Counted from the stretch's first letter, positions 18,391 through 28,567 are shown. The stretch is DNA of 64,000 bases from Candidatus Multivoradales bacterium (GCA_965223325.1 CBDCWI010000002.1:3904001-3968000); one strand, 5' to 3'. The notes: a model not told the origin generated them from the sequence alone. Program-made: numbers and translations.

Positions 18391-19467
18391 GTGAGCATGG
18401 TTGAGCTTCCATCCGAACTCACCGAGGCGATGGTGCGTTTCGAGAACGAGGCGGCAAGCGCTTCTGATCGCGCTGGCTGGGAGACCCTGCGGGTCACCTG
18501 GGTGGGGCGCAAGAAGGGTCTGGTGCGAGACTTCGAGCAACGCATCCGTGAGGCGCCTAAAGAGGAGCGCCGGGCCTGGGGTCAAGGGGTCAACCAACTC
18601 AAGACCCTGGTCGAGCGCCGTCTCGAAGAGATCGATCAGGAACTGTCACGATCGGAGCGCGCCAAAGAGCACGCTGCGGCCGCTGTCGACGTCACCCTGC
18701 CGGGCCGGCGACCACAGGTCGGCGGGTTGCACCCGGTGACGGTGGTCAACCGCGAGTTGACGCGCATCTTCCGCGGCCTCGGTTACAGCGTCGCAGAAGG
18801 CCCCGAGATCGAAGATGACTTCCACAACTTCGAAGCGCTCAACCTGCCACCCGATCACCCCGCACGAGATGAGCAGGACACTTTCTTCGTCGAGGGCGGT
18901 TCGCTTCTGCGAACCCACACCTCGCCCGTACAGGCGCGCATCATGCTGTCGCGCAAGCCGCCGATTCGGGTGATCTGCCCGGGGCGGGTGTACCGGGTCG
19001 ACAACGACCTGCGCCACTCACCGATGTTTCATCAGGTCGAGGCGCTGTGCGTTGACGAGGGGATTACCTTCGGGCATCTCAAGGGGACCCTCGAGGCGTT
19101 CTCGAAGGCGCTGTTCTCAGAGGACACCGAGGTGCGCTTGCGCCCGAGCTTCTTCCCCTTCACCGAACCGTCGGCTGAGGTCGACGTATCGTGCCCGTTC
19201 TGTAAAGGCACGGGCGCGCTCTCAGATGACAAACCCTGCGGAACCTGTTCGGCCACCGGCTGGATGGAGATCATGGGCTGCGGCATGGTGGACCCGCGGG
19301 TGCTCGAGAAGTGCGGTATCGATCCCGACCGTTACAGCGGCTGGGCGTTCGGGCTCGGCATCGATCGAGTGGCGATGATTCTCTATGGCTTCCCCAACAT
19401 CCGTGCGCTGTTCGAGAACGACCAGCGGCTGCTCGGCCAGCTCGAGGGTGGAGGGCCGGCACGATGA
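18391..19467 (+). CDS. pheS: Phenylalanine--tRNA ligase alpha subunit
   Basis: HPARDEQDTF, LRTHTSPVQ, FHQVE, RPSFFPFTEPS, GWAFGLGIDR. Confidence 0.98.
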   Translation: MSMVELPSELTEAMVRFENEAASASDRAGWETLRVTWVGRKKGLVRDFEQRIREAPKEERRAWGQGVNQLKTLVERRLEEIDQELSRSERAKEHAAAAVDVTLPGRRPQVGGLHPVTVVNRELTRIFRGLGYSVAEGPEIEDDFHNFEALNLPPDHPARDEQDTFFVEGGSLLRTHTSPVQARIMLSRKPPIRVICPGRVYRVDNDLRHSPMFHQVEALCVDEGITFGHLKGTLEAFSKALFSEDTEVRLRPSFFPFTEPSAEVDVSCPFCKGTGALSDDKPCGTCSATGWMEIMGCGMVDPRVLEKCGIDPDRYSGWAFGLGIDRVAMILYGFPNIRALFENDQRLLGQLEGGGPAR

Positions 19468-21563
19468 AGTTCTCCTATCGTTGGTTGAGCGATCGCGCCG
19501 ACCTTTCAGGTCTCGCTGCCGAGGACGTCGCCCAGGCACTGACCCGCGTGGGCATGGCGGTCGAGTTGGTCGAAGAGCACCAGCGCGCCGACGGGGAGCT
19601 CGACCATGTCTTCGAGGTCGAGGTCACGACCAACAGGGTCGATGCGATGAACCATCTCGGTCTGGCGCGCGAAGCGGCGGTCGCACTCGAGCGCCAGCTC
19701 ACACCGGGTGACCCCGGCCCGGCGGGAGACCCAGGGAAGGCCGGCGACCTCGGGGCCACCGTCGAGGTCAGCTGCCCGGAGCTCTGCTCGCGTTTCACCG
19801 CGCGAGTGATCGAGGGCGTGACGGTCGGCCCCAGCCCGGGCTGGCTGGTCGAGTATCTCGAGGCGATTGGGCTGCGCTCGATCAACAACGTCGTCGATAT
19901 CACCAACTTCATTCTTCAGGACCAGGGCCAGCCGCAGCATGCCTACGATCTGGCAACCCTCGCCGAGAAGCGATTGATCGTGCGGCGCGCCGAGGCGGGT
20001 GAGAAGCTCACCACTCTCGACGGCCAGGAGCGCACCCTCGAAGAGGGGCAATGCCTGATCTGTGACCCCAAGGGAGCAGTCGGTATCGGTGGTGTCATGG
20101 GTGGTCTCGAAACCGAGGTCACCGAGAAGACGAAGACCGTGCTGCTCGAAAGTGCCTGGTTCGACCCGGTTTCGGTGCGCAAGACCTCGCGTGCGGTGGG
20201 TCTCCACACCGATGCCAGTCACCGCTTCGAGCGTGGCGTCGACTGGAGTGCGGCGCTTTCGGCCAATGACCGCGCCTGCCAGATGATTGTCGACCTCTGT
20301 GGTGGCGAGATCCTGCCCGGCGTCATCGATCTGCGCGCGGAGGAGTTCTTGCCGCAGCCGAGCCCGATCGACGTACGGACCGGTCAGATCTCCCGCTTCG
20401 CAGGAACTGAGATCAACCATGACAATGCCGTTCGCTGGCTGTCGGCTCTCGGGTTCAACGTCGAAGCTGGTGCCGATGACCAGATCACGGTGACACCGCC
20501 TTCCTGGCGGACAGAAGATGTCGAGCGCTCGGCAGACGTCTATGAAGAGGTCATCAGGGTCTTTGGCTTCGACAACGTTCCGGCGGAGCTGCCGGCGATT
20601 GCCGGCTCGGACGCCCCCGAAACCGAGATGCAGCAGTTGCTGCGGCGCCTTCGCGATCGCCTGGTCGCCGCGGGCTATCTCGAGGCCATCGATTGGTCGT
20701 TCCACGATGACGCCACCGACCAGGCATTCGGCGCGTTACCGCTGGGAGACGGTGCGAACCAGCCGGTACGTCTGGTCAATCCGCTGTCTGAGCTCTACAA
20801 CGTCATGCGGCGGTCTCTCTTGCCGGGTCTGGTCGCGAGCGCGCGTTTCAACCAGCGGCGCGGCGCTGAGGCGGTGCGGCTGTTCGAAGTCGGGCACATC
20901 TTTGGCCGTTATGGGAAGGCCCCAGAAGGGGCGCGCGCCGAAGTCGAGGTCGAAGCGCTCGGCTGGATCGGCGGTGGAAACGACCCGTCGCCATGGCAGC
21001 GCAAGAGCGCCTACGACTTCTTCGATGCCAGGGGGGTACTGGATGCGCTGTTCGATGTCATTCGGCTGCCGTTCGAGGTCAGGCCTGGCGAGTTCGCCGG
21101 CATGGTGGCCGGCACCGTCGCCGAGGTCTACGTCGAAGGCGAGAAGGTCGGGGTCCTCGGCCAGATCGACGACGGTGACGAGACCTACGCCTACCCGGTG
21201 TTTGCGGCCGAGCTCCTGATCGAGCCCCTGGTGCGCGCGAGCGACTCGCTCGGGCTGCGAGTCGACGCCCCGTCGCGCTATCCCAGCATCGAGGCCGATC
21301 TGACGCTGACGCACGCGCACGAGGTCTCGTGGAACCAGATCACCGCGGCGATCGAGGGCCAGGAGGCGGCTGGCAAGCTGCCGGGCCTCGAAGCGTTCTG
21401 GCTGCGCGACCGTTACCAGGGCAAGGGCGTGCCCGACGGAGCGGTCAACAGCACGTTGTCGTTCCGCTACGGCTCGACCGAGCGCTCTTTGACCCAGGAC
21501 GAGGTCAATGAGCAGCACGAAGCACTCCGTGGTGCGTTGCAAGAAGCCTTCGGTTGGGGGTAG
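19464..21563 (+). CDS. pheT: Phenylalanine--tRNA ligase beta subunit (short form without the B2 OB domain)
   Basis: ATGA overlap with pheS; INNVVDITNF, TDASHRFERGVD, NPLSE..MRRSLLPGL, C-terminal FDX-ACB domain. Confidence 0.96.
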   Translation: MKFSYRWLSDRADLSGLAAEDVAQALTRVGMAVELVEEHQRADGELDHVFEVEVTTNRVDAMNHLGLAREAAVALERQLTPGDPGPAGDPGKAGDLGATVEVSCPELCSRFTARVIEGVTVGPSPGWLVEYLEAIGLRSINNVVDITNFILQDQGQPQHAYDLATLAEKRLIVRRAEAGEKLTTLDGQERTLEEGQCLICDPKGAVGIGGVMGGLETEVTEKTKTVLLESAWFDPVSVRKTSRAVGLHTDASHRFERGVDWSAALSANDRACQMIVDLCGGEILPGVIDLRAEEFLPQPSPIDVRTGQISRFAGTEINHDNAVRWLSALGFNVEAGADDQITVTPPSWRTEDVERSADVYEEVIRVFGFDNVPAELPAIAGSDAPETEMQQLLRRLRDRLVAAGYLEAIDWSFHDDATDQAFGALPLGDGANQPVRLVNPLSELYNVMRRSLLPGLVASARFNQRRGAEAVRLFEVGHIFGRYGKAPEGARAEVEVEALGWIGGGNDPSPWQRKSAYDFFDARGVLDALFDVIRLPFEVRPGEFAGMVAGTVAEVYVEGEKVGVLGQIDDGDETYAYPVFAAELLIEPLVRASDSLGLRVDAPSRYPSIEADLTLTHAHEVSWNQITAAIEGQEAAGKLPGLEAFWLRDRYQGKGVPDGAVNSTLSFRYGSTERSLTQDEVNEQHEALRGALQEAFGWG

Positions 21564-21616
21564 CTTCGAGGTAACCCAACAAACCCCTGGAACCGTGCCA
21601 CTGCTGGAGAGCGACC

Positions 21617-22168
21617 ATGGCGAAGAGCCCATCCCCCAAGAAGAAAGCCTCCAAGAAGGGTGCTGCCAAAAAGAAGGCCGCAGCCCGGACGGCGTCCTCC
21701 GGCGGGGCCCCTTCGGGCGGCGCCACCTCCGGAGTGGCCCGCCTCCGGAAGGCAATCAAACGGACGGTGACGGAGCTCGATACCCTGCGCACCCGCAACC
21801 ACGAGCTCGAGGAAGAAGTCCGAGCTCTTGGGAAGGCGAATGCCGCAAAGAGTGCACCTGCTCCTGATGAGGCGACCTTGGCACAGCTCGAGAAGGCGCG
21901 CACCAAACTCGAGGAAGAAAACGTCGCCCTCAGGCGCCGCGCGGCTGAACTCGAAAAGGCCTCGAAGGCGCTCGAAGCCGAGAAGTTGGCGGCTCTCGAG
22001 GCCGGCGATGAGGCGCGGTCGGCCTTGGCGGAGCTCGAAGGCGGCAGTGGTTCTAGAGAGCAGGAGCTCGCGTGGCAGGACGAGAGGCGCGAGCTACGTC
22101 AGCGGGTCGAAAGCCTGGTGGCCGGGCTTGAAAAGGTGGCCAGTCGGGTGGCCGAAGCCAGCCGGTAG
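21617..22168 (+). CDS. Coiled-coil protein, ZapB-like, with Lys/Ala-rich N-terminus
   Basis: Follows pheT; heptad coiled coil ending WQDERRELRQRVESLVAGLE. Confidence 0.6.
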   Translation: MAKSPSPKKKASKKGAAKKKAAARTASSGGAPSGGATSGVARLRKAIKRTVTELDTLRTRNHELEEEVRALGKANAAKSAPAPDEATLAQLEKARTKLEEENVALRRRAAELEKASKALEAEKLAALEAGDEARSALAELEGGSGSREQELAWQDERRELRQRVESLVAGLEKVASRVAEASR

Positions 22169-23496
22169 TGGCTGCAGGAGCAGCGGCCGCCTCTACCCGG
22201 CGGTGGGTCGACACGATCCTGCGAACCTATGGCGGGCATGGCCTGCCGCCGACCGCCGGGTCGGTTGACCGCGGGAGTGTTCCCCGAGCCGTGCATCGCG
22301 ACGACGAGATGCTGCTCGAGGCCATCGAGACCTCCGGGGGCGACCGTCGCGCCGGCGTGCTCGCCTACTTTCTGACCGGTTGTCAGGTGGCCGGCCTTGT
22401 CCGTCAGTTGGCAGAGCGCCAACGCGGCCCCGATGGTGGCGCGCCGCGTCTGCTCGACATGGGGTGCGGGTACGGTCGGCTGGGGCGTCATCTCACCGCG
22501 GCTGCCGGTGTGCCGCCGACCTTGATCCATCCTGACCGAGTCTGGGTTTCGGACCTGCTCGAAGGCGCCTTGCGCTTCCAGGCGGAGTGCTTCGGGTTCC
22601 ACGCCTTCGCCTCGACAACCGACCCGGCGTCTTTTGAAGCCCCAAGCGACTTCGATTTGATCTGGGTGGGCTCCCTCTTCACTCATCTCCGAGAGGAACG
22701 CTTCGGCGCCTGGCTCGAGGTCTTGTTCGCCTGCCTGGCCCCGGGCGGCATGCTCGCGTTCACGGTGCACGACAAGGCGCTCGTTCCCACTGGCTACCGG
22801 CCGGGCGACGCCGGCATGCTGCACCTCCCGAGCAGCGAGACGCGCACCCTGAACAGCGACGACTATGGCACCAGCTGGGTCTCGTGGGAATTCGTCGAGA
22901 GGCTGCTCGAACTGCTACCTGGTCCACCGTATCGCCGCCTCAGGCCGCGCGCCGTCGCCGGATACCAGGACATGTGGGTGGTCAAGAAGGACCTCGAGGA
23001 AGGGGCGATCGACCCTGCAGCCGTCGAGGTCGGCCCGCGCGGAATGCTCGAGTGGCTGGCCATCGATCGAGCGGGCGAGCTCGAGGTCTCGGGGTGGGCC
23101 TGGCATCCGACTCGTGAAGTCGGGGTGGCAGCGGTCGAAGTGGCAATCGACGGTCAGGTCAGAGCGACCATCGATGAGTTCGCTGACCGCCGGGATGTCA
23201 CCGGCGCGACCTGGGTGCCGGCCGGGTTTGCGGCCACAGTGCCCGTGCCGGCTCGTCTGGACCGCAGTGAGGTGCTGCTCGAGGTGCGGATGCGCTCGCA
23301 CGACGGCCAGCTCTGGCCCCTACGGGTGGGGTCGCTCGAGAGTCTTCTCGGTGCCGTTGCACGCGAGCGCCTGGAGGCCGAACGCCTACGGGCCTTTTCT
23401 CTCGAGCGCGAGATCGACTGGATGCGCCAGAGCAGGTTCTGGCGCCTGCGTGAGCGCTGGTTCAAGTTCAAGCAGAAGTTTGGCGGCTCGACTTGA
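22168..23496 (+). CDS. Class I SAM-dependent methyltransferase with C-terminal Ig-like domain and coiled tail
   Basis: LLDMGCGYGRL, FDLIWVGSLFTHL, LAPGGMLAFT; tail MRQSRFWRLR. Confidence 0.8.
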   Translation: MAAGAAAASTRRWVDTILRTYGGHGLPPTAGSVDRGSVPRAVHRDDEMLLEAIETSGGDRRAGVLAYFLTGCQVAGLVRQLAERQRGPDGGAPRLLDMGCGYGRLGRHLTAAAGVPPTLIHPDRVWVSDLLEGALRFQAECFGFHAFASTTDPASFEAPSDFDLIWVGSLFTHLREERFGAWLEVLFACLAPGGMLAFTVHDKALVPTGYRPGDAGMLHLPSSETRTLNSDDYGTSWVSWEFVERLLELLPGPPYRRLRPRAVAGYQDMWVVKKDLEEGAIDPAAVEVGPRGMLEWLAIDRAGELEVSGWAWHPTREVGVAAVEVAIDGQVRATIDEFADRRDVTGATWVPAGFAATVPVPARLDRSEVLLEVRMRSHDGQLWPLRVGSLESLLGAVARERLEAERLRAFSLEREIDWMRQSRFWRLRERWFKFKQKFGGST

Positions 23497-23987
23497 GTGC
23501 CGGGCGCCGTGCGTTGGACGGAGCGGCTCTCATCTCTACGGCGCTCGCCGTCCTGGCGCTGGTTCTGGCAGTCAATGAGGCACGAAAACGGCCGGAGACA
23601 GCGCCCGAGCTTCTGCCGGTGCAGTGGCAACTCGGTGGTCCGCAGCCAGAGCGCTTAGCGGAGTGGTTGGGGCGAGTCGATCGTCGTGTGCCCTACCAGT
23701 CGACGCTTCTGCTCGAAGCACCACGCCGCTCGCGCGACGACCTGTTGGCACTGCTTTCCTGGACCTCGTACTACCTGCCGAGGCAGCGCGTGTTGCTCGC
23801 GAGCGAGAGACCGGGTTCCGGGCGTCCGCTGTACCTCTTGATGATCGGGGCGGGTGTTGAAGACCATCCGGAAGCGCGTGGTGAACTCCTCGAGCTGGAC
23901 TCGGTGGGTGCGCTGGTGCGCATTCCCGCGTCAGCAGCCGACCCCGACGCGCTGCTCTCGCTCGGGACGGCCGAGGTGTCGAGGTGA
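23493..23987 (+). CDS. Hypothetical membrane-anchored protein
   Basis: 4-nt overlaps with both neighbours; N-terminal TM segment. Confidence 0.55.
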   Translation: MSAGRRALDGAALISTALAVLALVLAVNEARKRPETAPELLPVQWQLGGPQPERLAEWLGRVDRRVPYQSTLLLEAPRRSRDDLLALLSWTSYYLPRQRVLLASERPGSGRPLYLLMIGAGVEDHPEARGELLELDSVGALVRIPASAADPDALLSLGTAEVSR

Positions 23988-25381
23988 CGGTTTTCGAAGG
24001 CCTGGTGCTGCTTGCGTTTGTCGCGCTGGTGTTGGCCGCAGGAAGGGTGGCCGCTGGAGCGGCGGTCTCGGTACGCCCGGCCTACGCACTGGCCGCCGGT
24101 TGGTTGGTCTTGCACACAGCGATGCTGCAGCTCGACTTTTTCGGTTTCAACTGGACCCGAAGCTCGCTCTTCTTCGCTACCGCTTTCCTGGCGCTGGGGT
24201 TGGCGATCGGCCGCCGGCGTGCCGAGGACCTTGTCCCGTCGTTGGCCACCGACCAGGAGTCTGTACCGGAAGACAGACAAAACCGTCGCCTGGGTCTCGG
24301 CGACCTGGTGGCGGCAGTTTCGGTTGTGGCGTTGTTCTGGGCCGCTCTGGCTCTCAAGGCGCCGCACTCCGACTTCGTCTATCACTGGGGGGTCAAAGCG
24401 CGCCATTTCGTCGAAGCGCAGCAGATCGATCGTGACTTGTTGAGTTACTCCTTGCCTGACCACATGCATCCGGACTACCCGCAGGGTCTGCCGGACCTCC
24501 TGGCTGCCGAAGCCTTCATGCAGGGGAGAGTCGCCGAGGGTGCCTGGCTGGCGATCTCGGCGTTTCTGTTGCTCGGCATCGTCCTGGCCGCTCGTCGGTG
24601 CCTGTGCAACGTGGGCGCAGACCGCACCGTCGTGCAGTGCGCTGTCGCAACCGTCGCAGCGAGCACCGCTGCCTTCTCGATTCAGTACTTCCAGGCCGGC
24701 GGACCGGACCTACCACTGGCCCTCGCTGTCACCCTTGGCATCGCCAGTATCGCCGAGACTGCTTTTCGCAGCGCGCCTGGAGAGACCCGAGGGGTACCGC
24801 TTTCGGCCGATGTGCGCCTTGGCCTGGCGGCGGCGCTGGCGGCCGCTCTCAAGGTCGAAGGAGTGGTGTTTTCGGGAGTCCTGCTCCTCTTGTGGTGGAT
24901 GGCGCCGTTCGGGCCTTTCCGAGGCGGGCGCAGCCTTGCCGAACGCAGTGTACGCCTGGGTGCGACGATCGGTCCATGGATGTTGGTGGTCACCCCCTGG
25001 CTGGCGATGACCGTCGCCCTCGATCTCTGGCCGGCGCGCGGCGGTCTGGCCGATCCCTCTCGGCTGAGCGAGGTCCTCGCCGTCGCCGTGCCGCAGTTCT
25101 TTGGCCGTGCCTGGATGGGGCTTGACCTGGTGTTGATCCTCGTGCCGGTATTTGTCGTGCGGCGCGCCACTCGCTGGATGGCGTTGCCGCTCCTTCTACA
25201 GGCGGCCTTCTATCTCTGGGTCTACCTGAGCACACCGCTCGACATCTCGCGCGTCGTGGCGACGACCTTCCCGCGCTTGTTGTTGCACCTCGTGCCAGCC
25301 GCCTGGCTGTTGGCCTTCATCGGGCTCGCTCAGGTCACGGCAACACGGCCGGGATCCGCAACGATTCCCGCTAGGGTCTAG
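23984..25381 (+). CDS. Polytopic membrane protein, possibly a GT-C-fold glycosyltransferase
   Basis: About 11-12 TM helices; DFVYHWGVKA, HPDYP, DLPLA and KVEG motifs. Confidence 0.6.
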   Translation: MTVFEGLVLLAFVALVLAAGRVAAGAAVSVRPAYALAAGWLVLHTAMLQLDFFGFNWTRSSLFFATAFLALGLAIGRRRAEDLVPSLATDQESVPEDRQNRRLGLGDLVAAVSVVALFWAALALKAPHSDFVYHWGVKARHFVEAQQIDRDLLSYSLPDHMHPDYPQGLPDLLAAEAFMQGRVAEGAWLAISAFLLLGIVLAARRCLCNVGADRTVVQCAVATVAASTAAFSIQYFQAGGPDLPLALAVTLGIASIAETAFRSAPGETRGVPLSADVRLGLAAALAAALKVEGVVFSGVLLLLWWMAPFGPFRGGRSLAERSVRLGATIGPWMLVVTPWLAMTVALDLWPARGGLADPSRLSEVLAVAVPQFFGRAWMGLDLVLILVPVFVVRRATRWMALPLLLQAAFYLWVYLSTPLDISRVVATTFPRLLLHLVPAAWLLAFIGLAQVTATRPGSATIPARV

Positions 25382-25383
25382 AC

Positions 25384-26379
25384 ATGAGCGATTCCGTGGC
25401 CCCTCCCGAAGACCTCCCCGTGCCTGCCGACGTCGAAAGAGCAGCCGAGCGTTTGGCGGGGCGCATACATCGCACGCTGGTGGCGCGCTCGCGGACGCTC
25501 AATGAGCGGCTCGGTGCCGAGGTGTTCGTCAAGTGCGAGAACCTCCAACGCACCGGTGCGTTCAAGATCCGCGGTGGCCTCAACGCGCTCGATCGCTACG
25601 CCTCAGGCGAGACGCGGTCTGAAGGAAGCCGCGGCGTCCTCGCGTACTCCTCGGGCAACCACGCCCAGGCGGTTGCCCTGGCGGGTTCGCTGCTCGATGT
25701 GCCAACGACGATTCTGATGCCGAGCGATGCTCCCGAAGCCAAGTTGGAGGCGACCCGCGGTTACGGAGCGGAAGTGATCATCTATGACCGTAGCGAAGCA
25801 ACGCGAGAAGAACTGGCCGCCCAACTCGCCCCCGAACGGCAGCTGTGTCTCATTCCGCCCTACGATCATCCCGACGTTATTGCCGGCCAGGGCACCGCCG
25901 CACTCGAGTTGTTCGACGAAGTTGGTCCGTTGGACTATCTGCTCACACCGCTCGGTGGTGGGGGTCTGGTGTCGGGTTCGGCGCTTGCCTGTGCCCTCTT
26001 GTCGCCGCAGTGTCGGGTCATCGGAGTGGAGCCCGAGGCCGGCGACGACGCGGCTAGAACCTTTAGAACCGGCGTTCTTCAAACGGTGCGTGACCCAGAG
26101 ACCATCGCCGACGGGGCGCGCACGCCCTCACTCGGTCGGTTGACGATGCCGCTGGTCCTCGAACATCTACACGACGTGGTGACGGTTCCCGATCGCGCCC
26201 TGGTCGATGCCATGCGCTTCGTATGGCAGCGCATGAAGCTGGTCGTCGAACCGACGGGTGTCCTGGCGCTCGCCGCGTTGCTCGAGAAGCGCGTCGACGT
26301 GCGCGGTGCGCGGGTCGGCGTCGTGTTTTCGGGCGGCAACGTCGATCTCGAGCGAGCCGCCAGCCTCTTTTCGCCGTGA
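25384..26379 (+). CDS. PLP-dependent serine/threonine dehydratase family (threo-3-hydroxyaspartate ammonia-lyase-like)
   Basis: KCENLQRTGAFKIRG, SSGNHAQA, PLGGGGL, SGGNVD; no ACT domain. Confidence 0.88.
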   Translation: MSDSVAPPEDLPVPADVERAAERLAGRIHRTLVARSRTLNERLGAEVFVKCENLQRTGAFKIRGGLNALDRYASGETRSEGSRGVLAYSSGNHAQAVALAGSLLDVPTTILMPSDAPEAKLEATRGYGAEVIIYDRSEATREELAAQLAPERQLCLIPPYDHPDVIAGQGTAALELFDEVGPLDYLLTPLGGGGLVSGSALACALLSPQCRVIGVEPEAGDDAARTFRTGVLQTVRDPETIADGARTPSLGRLTMPLVLEHLHDVVTVPDRALVDAMRFVWQRMKLVVEPTGVLALAALLEKRVDVRGARVGVVFSGGNVDLERAASLFSP

Positions 26380-26381
26380 CG

Positions 26382-26414
26382 TCTCTGAGGTGGGCAGCTC
26401 GCCCACCCCAGAGA
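26382..26414. terminator. Hairpin between convergent genes
   Basis: TCTCTG-a-GGTGGGC / AGCTC loop / GCCCACC-c-CAGAGA. No U-tract. Confidence 0.45.
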
Positions 26415-26429
26415 GTCAAAGTGCAGACC

Positions 26430-27062
26430 TCAGTCCGCGGGGCCGAGTTCTTCCGGCTGGAAGTAGCGGAAGAGGCCGGCCGCGATTGCCCCACCGAGCA
26501 GCGGGCCGATCCAGTACAGCGCCAGGTTGGCCAGACCGCCGGTTCCCTGAATCGTCTGCCAGAGCAGCGGGCCAGTTCCAACCGCCGGGTTGAAGGCGCC
26601 GCCCGAGATGCCGCCCGCGCAAATCGCGGCTGCGGTCACCGTCAGGCCGATTGCGAAGCCATAGATGTAGTTGCCCTTGAGTGCTTTGGTGGTCGCAGTG
26701 TTGAGAACCACCGAGGCGAGCACGAAAGTAAACAGCACCTCTGCGCCGAGCGCCTGGGCGAAGCCAACGCCTTCGCCGGGTGCCGGGCCGAAGATCGTAC
26801 CGGCGACGAACTGGACGGTGGCTGCGGCGGCGAGTGCACCAAGCACTTGCGCAACCCAGTACTGAACCATTTCGGCGGGTGTCATACGGCCGCGTGCCCA
26901 GACTGCCAGTGAGACGGCGGGGTTGTAGTGAGCTCCACTGACGTGGCCACCGACGTAGATCATCACCGCCAGGGTGAGACCGATGGCGAGCGGGTTGCCC
27001 GACAATCCGACAGCCAGCACGAGAAAGAACGTGCCGACGAATTCCATAACCAGGTTGCGCAT
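26430..27062 (-). CDS. MIP-family channel (aquaporin-like)
   Basis: EFVGTF, GHVSGAHYNPAVS, GGISGGAFNPAV; GAGGAG RBS before ATG 27062. Confidence 0.92.
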   Translation of the reverse strand: MRNLVMEFVGTFFLVLAVGLSGNPLAIGLTLAVMIYVGGHVSGAHYNPAVSLAVWARGRMTPAEMVQYWVAQVLGALAAAATVQFVAGTIFGPAPGEGVGFAQALGAEVLFTFVLASVVLNTATTKALKGNYIYGFAIGLTVTAAAICAGGISGGAFNPAVGTGPLLWQTIQGTGGLANLALYWIGPLLGGAIAAGLFRYFQPEELGPAD

Positions 27063-27352
27063 TCTCAACTCCTCGTTTTCGCCGCTTGCGCCATGCTGCC
27101 ACCGACAAGGACGTTGAGCAGGCGGAATTCCGCGCGCTCACGACCCAGGGTGGGAATGCCCGGCGGGCGGCGAGAGTTTCTTCAGTCGATCTGTGGGTGG
27201 GACGGACTGAACTCTCTCACAGGCCGCCGGTGGTTCCCAAGAACCCTCAAGATGCGTCGTGGTGAGCCGCCTCTCCCCGAGCGACCGACCACCGCTACAA
27301 TGTCCATCCACCCTTTCGAATTCACCCTCGGACCAACTCGGAAGCCCTCGCC

Positions 27353-28567
27353 ATGAAGACTCCTGATCTGCGCCGCGCGGCGCTCGCGCTTTCCCTGTTC
27401 GCACTCACTGCGCTCCTCAGTTTCCCGCTCTCCGCTCAGAAGAAGGTGCCGGTCGAGGGCGAGGTGCAGAACACGCAAGGCAAGGCGGTTGGCAAGGTCT
27501 CGTGGACCCTGGTGGCTGCGGACGGGACGGTAGCTGCCAGCGGTGCGGCCGACAAGAAGGGGCGCTTCAAAGCCACTGTGCTTCCTGGTTCCTACACCTC
27601 GCAGCTCGCACACCCGGACTACGCCACGACCGAGAAGACACTCGAGATCGGCGAGAACGGTTCGAAGTTGGGCCTCAAGATTCTCACCGGCCCCGAACTC
27701 GCCGGGAACACCTTCAACGATGGCGTCGGTCTTTTGCAGTCCGGTGAGCCCGACGCAGCGCTCGAGAAGTTTCTGAAAGCTCGCGAGCTCGATCCCACCC
27801 TGCCGCAGGCGCCGCTTGGAATCGCCCTGGTCAAGCACGGCAAGCAAGAGTGGGATCAAGCGGCGCAGGCGGTCGATAAGGTGATGGAGCTGGCACCGGG
27901 GCAACCGATGGTTCCTCCCGTAGTGCTCTATGACATCGCGCTCAATACGGATCGCCAGGATTGGCGCGACCAGGCCAAAGCACAGCTCGTCGGGACCCCA
28001 GCGGCAACCGACGCTGCCAAGGGGGTCTACAACAAAGGCGTCAGGGCGGCTAACGCGGAAGACGACGAGGCCGCGGTTGCGGCTTTCACGGAGGCCCTCG
28101 AGCTCGACCCGAAGCTGCCGGCCGCACACCAGTCACTGGCCGCCATCTACTTCAACAAGGGCGAGCACGCCAGAGCACTGCCGTTCATCGACAGCCTGCT
28201 GGCGGTCGCACCTACCAACGCGGCGGGTCAGCGCATGGCCTTCTTCAGTCACATGGAACTGGGCGATACCCAGAAGGCCGGCAAGGCCTTTGGCGTTTGG
28301 TCAGGTGAGGCTTCGAGTGCCGCCGGCGAGGTCCTCGAGCAGGCAGAGAACCTGTTCAAGGCGAACCAGCAAGACAAGGCGCTTTCCTATGCCGAGGCGA
28401 TGCTGATCGGAGCCCCCGACAACGCGCGAGCGCACTACCTCAAGGGCCGCGTACTGGCGGCCACGGGTCAGGTCGCTGCAGCCAAAAGCGCCTTGCAGAG
28501 ATTCCTCGACCTGGCGCCTGACGACGCGGAGGCTGCGGCAGCGCGCCAGATGATGGAAGGGCTGTAG
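27353..28567 (+). CDS. Secreted protein with carboxypeptidase-regulatory-like domain and TPRs
   Basis: Signal peptide, beta domain (VEGEVQN...PGSYT), TPRs ending FLDLAPDDAEAAAARQM. Confidence 0.8.
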   Translation: MKTPDLRRAALALSLFALTALLSFPLSAQKKVPVEGEVQNTQGKAVGKVSWTLVAADGTVAASGAADKKGRFKATVLPGSYTSQLAHPDYATTEKTLEIGENGSKLGLKILTGPELAGNTFNDGVGLLQSGEPDAALEKFLKARELDPTLPQAPLGIALVKHGKQEWDQAAQAVDKVMELAPGQPMVPPVVLYDIALNTDRQDWRDQAKAQLVGTPAATDAAKGVYNKGVRAANAEDDEAAVAAFTEALELDPKLPAAHQSLAAIYFNKGEHARALPFIDSLLAVAPTNAAGQRMAFFSHMELGDTQKAGKAFGVWSGEASSAAGEVLEQAENLFKANQQDKALSYAEAMLIGAPDNARAHYLKGRVLAATGQVAAAKSALQRFLDLAPDDAEAAAARQMMEGL

